Shown here one piece after another: positions 36,632 through 48,817 of a DNA stretch of 64,000 bases. The position numbers were made by a program, and so were the translations under genes. How positions within the stretch are numbered: the stretch's first letter is position 1; each line of letters begins with the position of its first letter. The notes beneath the pieces were generated by a model. That model was not told where the DNA came from. It saw only the letters and a list, made by a program, of their open reading frames with translations, and made no database searches. Source of the DNA: Calcarisporiella thermophila CBS 279.70 (taxonomy: Eukaryota; Fungi; Calcarisporiellomycota); NCBI RefSeq assembly GCF_041956535.1, contig NW_027192212.1:388970-452969 (forward strand). The letters are read 5' to 3'.

Positions 36632-39460
36632 ATGTCGACCACCGAACAAGAATTATCGCAGGAGCTGCATAAACACGACCCTAATGGAATTTCTGATTCA
36701 CTCGAGTCCCAATCACATCCCAATTCATCTTCAGATCCTAGAGTAACCGAACCCTCAGACATGACAATCCCTCCCCCAGCAATTGTTGAGCCTGACCTTG
36801 CATCTCCACCGCTCCCCGAAGAAGCAAGCAACGCTGCTCCAGCCTCTTCTGCTGGTCCTGAAGAAAATTTGGGTGGAGACAAGCGAAAATCTTTGAGCAG
36901 TGGCAAGGAGCAGATATTTAAGGCAACCTATTCAGGCGTGCCAGTCTACGTTATGACCGCCCGTGGAGTGTCGGTCATGCGCCGGAAGGAGGACTCATTC
37001 CTAAATGCGACTCAAATCTTGAAGGTTGCGGAATTTGACAAACCACAGCGTACTCGAATCCTAGAGCGCGAAGTACACACAGGAGCACATGAAAAAGTTC
37101 AGGGCGGATACGGAAAATACCAAGGGACATGGGTGCCGTTGGATCGAGCGGTTTCGCTTGCGACACAATACGGCGTCCTTGATATACTCAGACCTCTATT
37201 GGAGTATGTTCCAACATCACAAAGCCCTCCACTCGCCCCTAAGCATGCGCGCGCAGGCCATAGAGGGAAACCGCGTGGCGCTCGAGGCGGAAGAGGCCGC
37301 GGTGGGGGACGCGGTAGAAAACGCCTGGACGTGGTAGGAGGTATATCACGCGGTGCATCAGGGATATCTCTTGAGGATGATGTTATCTCGGAATTATCGG
37401 TGTCGGATTTTGATGTGGGCAGCGAGGCAGCGCTCGAGCCCGATGTGGAAAGTGACGCTGGAATGGCCTCAGATGACCTGCGGGCCTCCTCACGACTTGC
37501 TCCCGGCTCTCCTTCGATGGGTAGTGTGCATTCCGCGTCCATGGCAGGTGACTCCGACGATCATGGAGATGGAAGTATGTCACTGCGTAAGCGGCGAAGA
37601 CGCCGACCGCCGGTCAGAGAGTTGCCTACAGGGGCTAAACAACAGCAACAGCAACAGCAGCAATCGCAGCCGCGGAAAAAACGTGGTCGTCCTCCGAAAC
37701 GTATCAAACCTATTCCAGAGCGGGTGCGGGAGGATGAGATGGAGTCAGACGGGGTGGTCGAAGCGGAAGAGAATGAAATGGATTATGAGTCAGAGGAAGG
37801 CTACGAGTTTGATGGACATTTCAGCGATGACTCAGCTAATCGCTACGCGGAAATCCTCTTCGACTACTTCGTCTCGGACTCCCAAGAGGTGCCAGCAATC
37901 CTCGCACATCCCCCAAGCGATTTCGACCCCGACGTCATCATCGACGAGGAGGGCCACACCTGTTTGCATTGGGCTGCCGCCATGGCGCGGATCAAGGTTG
38001 TGCGGATACTGGTCAATCACGCTAGGGCGGACATTCGGCGTGTCAATTATCTGGGCGAGACGCCCCTGATGCGCAGCGTTCTCTTCACCAATAATTTCGA
38101 TATGCGCTCGTTCCCGGAGCTCGTGGAGCTGCTGCACGAGAATATCCGCATGCTGGACAAAAACGACCGGACCGTGTTCCATCACATTGCCGCCACTGCG
38201 GGCAGCAAAGGCAAGATGAATGCATCGCGGTACTACATGGAGTGCCTCATCAAGGAGCTGTCGGCCGACCCGGAGGAGCTGAGCGGGATACTCAACATGC
38301 GGGATGTGATGGGGGATACGGCTCTGCATCTTGCGGCGCGGATCCCCAACAAACGACTAGTGAAGCTCTTGCTCGATGCGGGGGCGGATCTTAGGGTACA
38401 GAACGACGTTGGCAAGACCCCCGAAGACTACATTGTGGAGGCCGACCGTCTGGTGAGGATACGGGGAGGGCTGCCGCGTAGCCAGAGCCCGCAGCCCACC
38501 ACCCCCGTGAGCTTGGGGCGGAGCGCCCGTTCCTTCGCCTCGGCAGGGGCCGTGGAGGCTGCGCTGCTGGATTCGGACGGAGAGAGTCCGCCTCACGACG
38601 CTTTGGATCCCGTGGTGCGCAAGGCCATGTCCGACGTGACCCGGCTCTTCGACGAGCTCTCCTCTGCCCACCAGCAGGAGCTCCGAAATAAAAATCGCGA
38701 CCTCCAAGAGGCGCGCTCTCTCTTACACAGCATCCAAATGCAGATTCAAGAGTCGAGGCGGCTGCTGGACGGGAACACGGTGCGCGCCGAACAAATCCCC
38801 ATTGCAAAAAAACGGGTGGAGGAGTTGGAGCGCCACCTACGAAAGGGGCTGAATCGGGGGCTGCGAGAACGCCTGGCTGCGGCCATCAGCAGCAACCGTC
38901 GGGATCCATCCGGCGTGCACGCGAATGGCGAGAATATCAGAGCAGGGGGGGGTGGGCTGGACGCGAGTGGGTTTTTGCCTTCAGCTGGAGTCGCGGGGGC
39001 AAAGATGCTACAGGTCGACAACATTCCTGCCCCCCATCTCTCCGCCCCCGCCCCCCTCTCCTCGGCCCAGATGGAGGCAACGTTGTCTGCGCCCGGGGAG
39101 TTGGAGCGGAAGCTGCCCACCCCACCGCGTGAATCCCACTCCACCCCCACCTCCCCCCCGTCCCAGCCCGTCCCCAACTCCGCCATCCCCAACCTCTCCG
39201 AAAAGCAGCTCTCTCCCGCCGAGCGAGAGCAGTACCTGCGTGAACGCACCGCTGTGTTGCGAGAGCGCCTCACCGGCCTGCAAAAGTCTCGAAGTCGGCT
39301 GGTGGAGGACGTGGTACGTCTGCGTGGCTTCGCCAACCCCCGACAGCAAGAGTACCGCCGGCTGATCTCCATCTGTTGCAATGTCCCTGTAGAGCAGGTG
39401 GATGAGCTCTTGGTGCCCTTACTGGAGGCGATGGACGTCGAACAATCCTACCTGGGTTAA
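36632..39460 (+). CDS. MBP1: MBF/SBF-family transcription factor (Mbp1/Res1/Res2-like): APSES/KilA-N + ankyrin repeats + coiled coil
   Basis: ATYSGVPVY..VMRR..DSFLNATQILKVA..HEKVQGGYGKYQGTWVP; IDEEGHTCLHWAAAMAR; GETPLMRSVLFTNNF; GDTALHLAAR; AT-hook-like KKRGRPPK. Intronless. Exact ortholog within the family is uncertain. Confidence 0.9.
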   Translation: MSTTEQELSQELHKHDPNGISDSLESQSHPNSSSDPRVTEPSDMTIPPPAIVEPDLASPPLPEEASNAAPASSAGPEENLGGDKRKSLSSGKEQIFKATYSGVPVYVMTARGVSVMRRKEDSFLNATQILKVAEFDKPQRTRILEREVHTGAHEKVQGGYGKYQGTWVPLDRAVSLATQYGVLDILRPLLEYVPTSQSPPLAPKHARAGHRGKPRGARGGRGRGGGRGRKRLDVVGGISRGASGISLEDDVISELSVSDFDVGSEAALEPDVESDAGMASDDLRASSRLAPGSPSMGSVHSASMAGDSDDHGDGSMSLRKRRRRRPPVRELPTGAKQQQQQQQQSQPRKKRGRPPKRIKPIPERVREDEMESDGVVEAEENEMDYESEEGYEFDGHFSDDSANRYAEILFDYFVSDSQEVPAILAHPPSDFDPDVIIDEEGHTCLHWAAAMARIKVVRILVNHARADIRRVNYLGETPLMRSVLFTNNFDMRSFPELVELLHENIRMLDKNDRTVFHHIAATAGSKGKMNASRYYMECLIKELSADPEELSGILNMRDVMGDTALHLAARIPNKRLVKLLLDAGADLRVQNDVGKTPEDYIVEADRLVRIRGGLPRSQSPQPTTPVSLGRSARSFASAGAVEAALLDSDGESPPHDALDPVVRKAMSDVTRLFDELSSAHQQELRNKNRDLQEARSLLHSIQMQIQESRRLLDGNTVRAEQIPIAKKRVEELERHLRKGLNRGLRERLAAAISSNRRDPSGVHANGENIRAGGGGLDASGFLPSAGVAGAKMLQVDNIPAPHLSAPAPLSSAQMEATLSAPGELERKLPTPPRESHSTPTSPPSQPVPNSAIPNLSEKQLSPAEREQYLRERTAVLRERLTGLQKSRSRLVEDVVRLRGFANPRQQEYRRLISICCNVPVEQVDELLVPLLEAMDVEQSYLG

Positions 39461-39982
39461 GTGATGTGTGGTTTTTTTTTTACATATAATTTTATTGTTT
39501 CCGTTTTATTTTTATTTTTCCATTGCTATTTTTATTTTTATTTTTTCCTTCTCCCCTCTTTTCCTTTATTGTATATAGTTCTTTTACGTTTAATAATTGC
39601 AGATTGATGTTACTTTTTGTTATTTTATTTTATCGAATTTTTTTTTCTTTTTCGTGATCTAGATTTGCCCTATGCATCCGTATCACTAGGCAGAAAGGAA
39701 AAAAACAACACAAAATAAAGAAGAGACAGCGTATCACGGCTTTCCTATTATATAATTATATATACATACATACATACACACACCTATATATATGTATATA
39801 ATATTTTATTGTTTTTTTATGAATGGGAGGAAGAGTATATGTATAAAAAAACAGGCAAGAAAAAAAAAAGGAATAAAGAGAAAATAAAATCCAAGTAGAC
39901 GTGACAACCAAATCAGCTTAATCCAGCCGTGCCGTAGCTCTTTTAATTTTTATAATAATAATATTATTATTTCTCCACCTCT

Positions 39983-41083
39983 TTACGACGAGGACTTGGC
40001 CCACTCCACATGCAAAATGAGATTGTCGTAGCCATAGCCGTCGAGGGTTTGTTGTGCCTTGGCGGCGTCCTCGCGCAGGACGAAGCTGACAAACGCAAAG
40101 CCCTTGCAGATGTTCGTCTCGCGATCGCGAGCAAGATACACACGCCCGATCTGGCCGAACCGGCGGAACAGGTCGTAGAGATCGGCCTCAGTCGTCTCCT
40201 CCGACAGATTTGTGACACGCAGGGTGGCGGTATCGTCGCGCTTCTCGCGAGGGGAGTCTCCCGTACGGTCTCCCTTGCGATCGCCGCGTAGATGCGGGGC
40301 GACGTATTTGCCGCCCGAAGAGGGCTGCTCCGCACTTGGAGCGGGCTCCGGCTCCTTGGCGCCGGAGGCAGCGGCCGTTGCCGCTCCGCTCTCTCCTGCC
40401 CCGGCAGATGCACCGAGACTGGCGGTGATCTCGTCGAGGGGAGCAAGAGTGTCCTTGAACGGGCACTTTGTGGTAAAGTGATCGCCCTTGCAGATACGGC
40501 ACAGAATCTTCTTCCCCTTGAGGGCAGCCTTCACCTTGGCGTCCTGATCTGCCTCCGTCTCCACGGCATGCTTGCTCGATGCCCATGACAGCTTGAGGGC
40601 AATGTTCTCTCCAACGGTGGTAGTGCTGAGATCGGGACCGGGCTGCTTGCCGGCCTCCTGGCCAAATTTGGCCCATTTCTTGCGCTCTGCAACCGCGCGA
40701 TTCACGTGCTCCTGCACCAGCTTGGTGCGGATTTTGCGTGTGATTTTCACCTTCTTGCCGTCGTCATTTATCCGGTACTCGATGACGGTTTTGAGGCCAT
40801 TTTCATCGGTGAATATTTGGGGCTGGAATTGATCTGTACAGAAATCGGGAATCAGACATATGATCTCGATTAGCCAATGCTTTCAAAGCAAATTAGCAGG
40901 AAAATTAAATGCAGCGAACATCTTTACCTAGCTCCTCGCCGACTTCATCTGCCCAGCTTGCTTTTGGGACTGACCCTCTAGAAATGGATAGATTCATATT
41001 AGAAACTTCACATCAACAAAGACATTCGGATTCTTTGACGGCGTTGCTTCCCCTCTGATGATGACTTACAATTCAACTGCCAT
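39983..41083 (-). CDS. TIF35: Translation initiation factor eIF3 subunit g, 3 exons
   Basis: SWADE, VAERKKWAKFG, Zn knuckle CRICKGDHFTTKCPFK, RRM (LRVTNLSE..KGFAFVSF..GYGYDNLILHVEWAK). Confidence 0.96.
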
Positions 41084-41332
41084 TTTTTTGTTATTAATTC
41101 CTCAATAGTTGGACACGATCTCTGCCCATAAGAAATTTTTTATTTTACGATTTGAATGGCTTAGCTCAAGTGTAAACAGAAATTTGCTTTAATGTTTGTT
41201 CCTTTACATAGAATTTATATATGTACAGCAAGAATCCAATGCGCATAAATAAACGTATTAGATATGGGAGCGGAAAGAGATAGACGAAAATAAAAACAGA
41301 AGCCGTCTCGGGTTAACATTTCAATCACGCTG

Positions 41333-42528
41333 CTATGGAATGGTATCGAAGTCCTCCGATATACCAAACTCTTTGTTGAACCTTGATCGCTCCATATTGA
41401 ACTTGTTGAAACAATACGACTGAAGCGTCCACACATTTTCTATGTGTTGCGATAGAAAAACAAATGCAATACCAGAGTATTAAAGATGGAGTGTGTGGGT
41501 TCTTTGAGGCTGGCTCATCCACTTTTACCTGTCCAACGATTAGCTCCCTCTTTGGCAATTTGCGCCGCTTTCTCTATATTACGGGATACAACAGTCAACT
41601 AACCAACATAGTGGCATTAAGAAAAACAGCCGAAAGTACCCTTCGCCTCCCACAATGTTGGATCATTGTCTTTATATTCTTTTAGCTCATCCAGATTGCG
41701 CCTGCGAAGACTCTCTGCTTGAGCGAGCTCCTCCAGCTTTTGAACCCTATCCTCCTGTTGTGGGAGATATTAGCATTCAAAAGAACCGGGTCTTTCTGCT
41801 GATGAGCTATGACTATCTTACAGATTCCTCTCTTCCTTGTGTTGCCTTTTCTATTGTCTCTTGTAACTCTTTGCTTCTCAACTGCTCTCTCTCCAGCTCT
41901 TGCTTCAGCTGCTCGATCTTTACCTTTCGCTAGTGCAGAAGATAGAGAGGGGAGAATAACGTCAATAGATGATCTCCACAACAGATACATGCAAATCACA
42001 AATGGAAATCACTCACCGTTTGCAGGGCAGTACTTGGAAAGGACCAGTAGTAGTTCGATGTTCCGATCTTCTCACAGGTAATAAGATCGTCGTCGACCAA
42101 ACTTTGGAGAACATCCTTTACCGACTGCGAAACTATCGAATGTATGCGAGTAAAGATGGAGGAACTTGTGGCATTCTATTAACGCCATCGTTTTACCTAT
42201 TCCTTTCATTTTGGGAGCGATTCTTTCCAGCTCTTTCAGCTGATAGAATTCTTTCTAATTTCAATGGAGTAGCGTTAAAACAGTGAGTTAAACTCAACAG
42301 ATCACGGATCAGAATAGGTTTGTAGATCAATGGATTCAAAAAGCTTACAGTTTCGTGGAATATATCCTCCATCCTTTTTCTTTTTTCCTCGGCAGAGAGT
42401 TTTTTTGCCTAAAGATCATTGGGAATGGAAGGTGATTAACGATTTTTAGACATTCATGACAGTGATCTCCAGAGAATATATAATAAACAGGACAAGTGAT
42501 TCATGATAATCATATGTATATTTACCAT
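41333..42528 (-). CDS. MND1: Meiotic recombination protein Mnd1, multi-exon (missed by the ORF track)
   Basis: Spliced by eye: M|AKKLSAEEKRKRMEDIFHET|KEFYQLKELERIAPKMKGI|VSQSVKDVLQSLVDDDLITCEKIGTSNYYWSFPS...FNKEFGISEDFDTIP*. Confidence 0.92.
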
Positions 42529-43687
42529 GTTGTCACAATGCTTTATCTAAGAAGGGCCTGATTTCCACTGATCTGACCTTGGGACGATAGGGATAAAAAC
42601 GCGTTCGCGATTGATTTAAGAAAAGAATGAAATCAGATTTCAGATTCAAGCAATTATTAATTAAAAATTAGACAATAAATTAGTCGATGAAGAATAGGGA
42701 AGCGGTCTACGATTCCGCTTCAGATTCGCACGCTTGTGTAGTGGGCTTTGCCGGGGTGCAGATTTGATGTCATGAATACCTTCTAAGTATATACACACAG
42801 CCATAAGTTTCCAAATGAACGGATCCTGCTGTCTTAACAAGCCTATAGCAACATGATGATATAATCTGCAATGACAACAAATAGCTTTGATGACATTGAA
42901 ACCGAGTGGGTTAAAGATACTCTAAAATAAAGGGATAAAATGGATTGGATCCACCGTGCGTGATATCTATATTAAAAAGGAGAGTGGGGGAGGGGGGAGG
43001 AAATAAGGCAATAAGCTATTAGCGCCTACTGTAAATATGGAAAATAAATCAATTTCAAACCAAATGGTGATCTGTCAATTTTCTTCCCCGTGCGCAGGCA
43101 ATTAAAATGCGAAAATGGAAAGTCCGTGATGTGCGATTAAGGGGGAATAATACACTCCTAATTTTGCGATCAGCCAGAGCTTCATTACTTCCCTCTATTG
43201 CATTGATTTTCATAAGGTTTGGTAGGAGGGAGGGGGGGGGGGGGAAGATGTCAAAGCGCGCTCGAAACAATACACGCACGTCTTTGCTTTCGTCTCCTTT
43301 CTTCTTTTCGGAGCCTTACGCATCCTCCTCCAGCTGTGCGAATGAACCCTTTAAATAGACACTCTCCTCCCACGAATTTTCATTTTCATTTTTTTTCTTC
43401 TTCATCCAGGCCTTATTGTTCTCGCATCCTCACATCATATCACTCTCCTTCATTGACATTTCTCCCCGCCACTCCAAGGCATACTTTGTTTGCACTCTTG
43501 TACCATACCGCCTCATTCTCACTTAGCACCTCACTCTCTGCTCAATTCTCGCCTCCATTTTCACTCCCACCCCCACCTCACTTCACTCTAGACCATTTCA
43601 CTTCAATTCATTCCACGTCTACAGTAGCTCCATCACACCCATCCATCTCTACTGCCCAGTAACCCCTCCCAGCATTTACAGTTTACG

Positions 43688-44293
43688 ATGGTCTGCAAGC
43701 TTTCGCTCCGTACCCTGCTCACCATCCTCTTTACCCTCCTCCTCTTGGTGCATATTGTGGTGGCTAGGGAACAGGACGACGAGGATGATGAGGACGAGGA
43801 GATGGACATCGAAGAGTTCTTGGAGGCGGAGCGGAATCAGTCCGCGTTCTATGTGGCCGAGCGCTGCGCTCTCTACCATAACTGCGGCGACAACATGGAA
43901 TGCTTGGCCCGGTGTGCCGGGGTGCCTGCCCCTAACCGGGAGATGGTGACCAGGACGAACGAGTGTGTGGCCGGGTGCTACAGTGCCCAGCAGGACCAGC
44001 AGCAGCAGCCGCCCAGCACGATTTCCCAGTGTGTGCAGAATTGCATTCAGACCAACTTCCTCTATACACCATATGAGGACGCCGCGGTCACTCCCACTAC
44101 CACCATCACCACGATACCTACCAATGGCATGTTGATCACCGTCACCGCCGCCAATGGGGTTGTCACCACGACCCGGGTCATGACGAACACCACGAGCACC
44201 GGATCTTACTCTACCACATCAGGCATGGGCTGGATATGGCTCGGCACCTTGCTCTTCGCCAGCTTGACCTCGCTTCTCATGGTGGTGTTCTAA
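43688..44293 (+). CDS. Secreted, probably GPI-anchored Cys-rich cell-surface protein
   Basis: Signal peptide, acidic tract, 8-Cys domain (C...CGD..CLARC.GVPAPN...TNECVAGC...CVQNCI), Thr-rich stalk, hydrophobic C-terminus. Confidence 0.75.
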   Translation: MVCKLSLRTLLTILFTLLLLVHIVVAREQDDEDDEDEEMDIEEFLEAERNQSAFYVAERCALYHNCGDNMECLARCAGVPAPNREMVTRTNECVAGCYSAQQDQQQQPPSTISQCVQNCIQTNFLYTPYEDAAVTPTTTITTIPTNGMLITVTAANGVVTTTRVMTNTTSTGSYSTTSGMGWIWLGTLLFASLTSLLMVVF

Positions 44294-44997
44294 GACAAAC
44301 AAAAAAGAAAAGGCAAAACAATAGAAAACGGCGCCTTATTTACCACTCTTCTAATCATATAGTTTTACTAATCATAAGCTTTGCACCTTCTTTCCCCCTC
44401 CCCCCCTCCACTCTTCTCTTATTTCAGGTGCTTTGCCATTTAATGTGAATTAATTAATATTTTAACCATTTGTTTTTTTCCAAGTGCTCTGTTGGAGTCC
44501 ACCCTTATCCATCAACGCATAGGGCAATATGTTGTGATTTCCCTCTAATGTAATCTTCTGTTTGTTTGATAAAGCATATAGACCTTGGTTTTTTACATGT
44601 GGAATAAGTGCCCCATCAAAATAGCCGGGGGCATTCGAGGTCTTTCCTCGCTCCTGTTAAACCATCTCTTCTCCAACCACAAACCTTATCATCCGCTAAT
44701 GAGTCTGCCAAACAAATCCCTGCGCACTGTATAAATGGGGCTTCAATGGACTAAAATTGGAATGGCCATTGTCCGAGTAGGACGCAAACTCCGTTTGGGA
44801 TAGAGCTGGATTCAGGGACTGTTTACCATCTTGGATAAGCCAATCGTTTATTTATAACATTAGAGAGAAATATGCAATAGGAAGAGGAACGGAAATAATG
44901 CTATATGAGTTCTATGTGCCATTAATTTTTTTTTTCATAAACATGCAATAGTAAATATAAGAGATGGATGATGTCGTGGACCGGGTGTTTCTCTCGC

Positions 44998-45162
44998 TTA
45001 AATAGCAATGCGAAGAGAGTAATAGGAGAGGCGCGGAGGCTTATTGCGAGCTACGTTTTTTGTGTTGTTCTGTTCGATTTCTTGACTGCGCACGGACGAA
45101 GCGGTGCTTGAGGCAAGCGACTTGTTAGCGCGAAACTTCTTGAATGAAAAGAGATTGGCCAT
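44998..45162 (-). CDS. Putative 54-aa small protein
   Basis: MANLFSFKKFRANKSLASSTASSVRSQEIEQNNTKNVARNKPPRLSYYSLRIAI*. Start context ACCATGG, C/A-rich leader, TATATAAA at 45276-45269. Confidence 0.5.
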   Translation of the reverse strand: MANLFSFKKFRANKSLASSTASSVRSQEIEQNNTKNVARNKPPRLSYYSLRIAI

Positions 45163-48100
45163 GGTATTGATGGTGGGTTGAGATGTGGTAAAGATGCGGT
45201 TGTGGGGGAGGATGTTTTGAGTATTGAACAGAGAATGATGGAGGAGCTATGCTTGCCGTTCTTCGCTGTTTATATACAAATGGGAGAACAGGGATGAGTC
45301 GGTAGGAGTGACGAAAGGCGAAGTTGTTATTGGTCCTTTACGCGCGACATTTCTCGGCTTCCTTCTTTGCTAATATTAAGGTTTTTTTCTAATTATATCG
45401 CCGATATCCCTCCCGAAACCCTAATTTTGCTTTGTCCTATTGCAGCCAAAGGGGTCCGCGTCAGCATCGGGTCCGCGGTCGTCTAACATTCTAGATCTCT
45501 CAGATATTGCAAACCTTCCCCATTGTTCCTTCTCCTCCCGCATTTGTGGTATGAGATGATCCAAAGCGGCTCTTGCTTGAAGAAGTTATCTCGTCCTTCT
45601 TAATATTGTCCAAACTTACGAATATTCCCGGAGCTCCCCCGCCTACCCCACCCCAATAGGCGCCGGAGCGAGATTCTCTCTAGAATACAGCTACGAGTCT
45701 CTTGGATATCTTCCGCGCCATCGCTCATAATCAGAGCAGGGCAAACTAGGCGGGCGCATCTATTCGAGAGCAGCTCGATGATTGTTCCAATGTCCATGGG
45801 GAGGGGAGTGGGGGGCTATTCAAGAGGGCTTCTCCTAACCCCCAACCACGACCGTCTGGGATCAGATAGGTTTTCCAACTTTGAGGATGAGGATTGACAC
45901 GGCTCGAAATGTGCAACCTCAAGGTCCGAATGCTTCGGAGTTGCGTTGATTTCCCATTCAGCCAAAGTGGTTCATCTATCTAGGTTGACTGTGAATTCTC
46001 AGAAATATTCCCACAGGCTGCACTCCCGTTGGTCCAATTTCGCGCCCGGGTGGGGAAGGGGGACGTCTTCCGTATTCCTCCAGAGCAACGACGCGATTTA
46101 AGGCGTGGGCCGATTCTCGAAGAAGACACGGCGCAACCGCCCCTCTCCCGCAACTCAGCTCTTGTGACTGGCTTTGGCGGGGATACTCGGGGGCCGTGCT
46201 ATTAGAGTTGTTTATAGAATGTGTTTGTTCTTTCATTAGCGCCTCTTTCCGCCTTCATTTTTGCCTTAGACAGCGAGACGTCAATGTGGCCACAGAATTA
46301 TCGGGTTCGTGTTTGACAGCCATTGCGGTCGCAAAGCTGAAGAAGGTTGAGATTGCAATGAATCTCAACCTTGTTCTCCAGCATTGAGTTTATGCCGGGC
46401 AGAAGCAAATAAATTCGGGAGGAAAGAAGGCGATCCGGACTCCCCACTACGCTGTGTAGGGAATCGAGTTTTGGGTTGCTATGCAGAAGCCTGAAAGCCA
46501 GCCACCACAAAGGCTCGAACTCTTCCCCTCCAAGGGAAATGGGTGCCAGGGTCTTCGTCACCACAGAGTGCTTGCATAGGAGTGCGCCCCAAAAACTCAA
46601 GATTCTTGTTGAAATGGGGCCATCAACCCTATCGCTCCCATCTACCACACTATGCAGCCCAGGCGATAGACAGATATGCAGCGGCCCTCCATGTGGCCGA
46701 TAAAGATGTTTCCGGTTCGACCCTCGTAAGATGGGTTTGACAGCCCAATCACCGCCTGGGCATTATTCCTAGTCGAGGAGATGATTTTATTCGAAAGAAC
46801 TGCCAACAGAGATGCATCCATATACAAACAATATCTGCGTCATTCAACAGCAGCAGCAACAAGAGATACTGGCGCCCTGCAGAGTATGGCTAGGCCGCCT
46901 TCATACGCACCCGACTCGGTGAGTATGGAAAAGGAGAGACGACCAAGCAAGCAAAGCCGTTCCCTGTTATTTTTCCCAGGACGTGCTATGCTATATACAT
47001 GTATGGACTAGTCATGGGGATCACTGGCGCACGCTTGAATGTCGCCAGAGTATCTCCACCCACAGCGAAAATTCCATGCTAACTATATCTACCTGGCTTC
47101 AAAAAAAAAAACTACATAATCACTGTATAATAAGTTGATAAAAAAAAATAACATCGAACTACGGAACTGTCAAGTCTCAGGGCTTAGCCAAATCGAATGT
47201 CTTCGTTGGGCTCCAAAAATTCTGCGAAAAAGATTCCGGCCGATGCGCCCGTGACATTGATGGAGGAGCGCCTGCGACGGTGGCGCAATTGAGCCGCGGT
47301 TTGAGAATCTCGGCGAGCGGTCTGGGATGAGGCGATCCGCCGTCGATCCTCCTGGAGCCGATCGGGATGGGGTGGGGAGGATTTCTGGGGAGAGATTGGG
47401 TGCTCTGACTGCGGTGGCAGTGGCATGGCTCGCAGGGCTTTTCTTGGAGAGAAAGCGTGGGTTAATTTTAGACTGTGTTGTTGGGGGCAACAAACGAGGT
47501 GCATGTGCACCAACTCTGGCGGTGTCCAATTTCAGCCGAGAGTCGGGCGGGTTCTGCCATTTTCCCCCGGGCTTGGATTGTCAATGCACTCTCGACTCGA
47601 CCGAGGACAATTCGAGCAATGAGGAGAGCGGCAGTGGAAGGAGTGGAAATCCCTTGACGTTGCATAAATTGAAAAAGGCCGCTTGCAAACAAGGAGCTTG
47701 CATAATCGCAGACAGGCATTCCGGCCGGGCCTCCCGCCGCGCGGCTGGCCCTGCGACCCCTCATCTCCACTCAAAAGCACGGCAGTGCAGGCGGATGGCT
47801 TACTGATTGGGTTCCCCGCTTGAATTTTGCAGGTTTAGTGCAGGGGGGAGGAGCGCACAATTAAACCTGTAAGCTCTGGCCGGGAGCAACGCTCCGTAAT
47901 CAAAAGCCTAACCAAGGCTCTCCAGCAATGCGCATTATTTGCGCGAGGAGGGCAGAGAAAAAAAAACGGGATTTTCAGTTATTTCTGTCAGGAGAGGCTT
48001 CAACGTCGAGCTGGCGTGAGCAAAAAGAAAACAGTGGAGATAAGCGAAGCTTATATAAGGGCTTATCTGGGCCCGCTTTCTCCCCATTCCCGCTCACCAA

Positions 48101-48817
48101 CCCTCGCGCTGTCTAGAGGCCCACTCCGCCGGTTCAACTCTTTAATCCTCTCCAAACCATGTATCTTCGCCAGAACTTCGTCGCCTGCCCTCACGTCAGC
48201 AGCCGCAACCCCTGGCCTCCTGCCCGCCCAAACACTCCCAATACAGGTTGCCACAGCCAGGGCCCGTGGCCCCCCGCTCGTCCGAGCACTCCTAATGGGA
48301 ATCGCCCTGATTTCAATGTGGATGTCTAACCCCCTTGCGCCGGCTCATTTTACCTAATCTAATTATCCCCCAAAACTGAATATACAACCCCCATTATTAC
48401 GCTTGTGAGGCCAATCTCTCCTCACCAAAATTCTAATCTTTCAATTGTTAAATAGCGCATTCGTTTTATTTTCCCTCTACATAATTTTTCTTGGTTATTT
48501 TTATAATTCACTATGCACTGTTTCAAAACATTTCTTCTTCATTCAGGGCTCTTTCATACATTTCTCTTAACTGAAGCATTATAATACCATGGCCATTTGA
48601 CAAAAATTTTTTTTTTTGTAACCGTCCCTCTATAGATATTCTACTAGGTTTATTTTGGGTAACTTCTAGGCGTCCTTCCGCTGGAAATAAAACTCTTTTC
48701 AACACCATTTTCTTGTTCCTTCATTTTACCATCTCACCAAGCCACCCCTTCTTTTTCCCAAGTCCCAAGAAATCGAGGCCGCTCATGAAATCCTAAAAAA
48801 AAAGAGATCGAAGTGCC

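Noticed and set aside
45500-48400. Cluster of 60-160 aa ORFs, including a WWLAFRLLH segment faintly like a LINE zinc-finger region
   Set aside because: No RT or CCHC motif and no consistent strand or frame.
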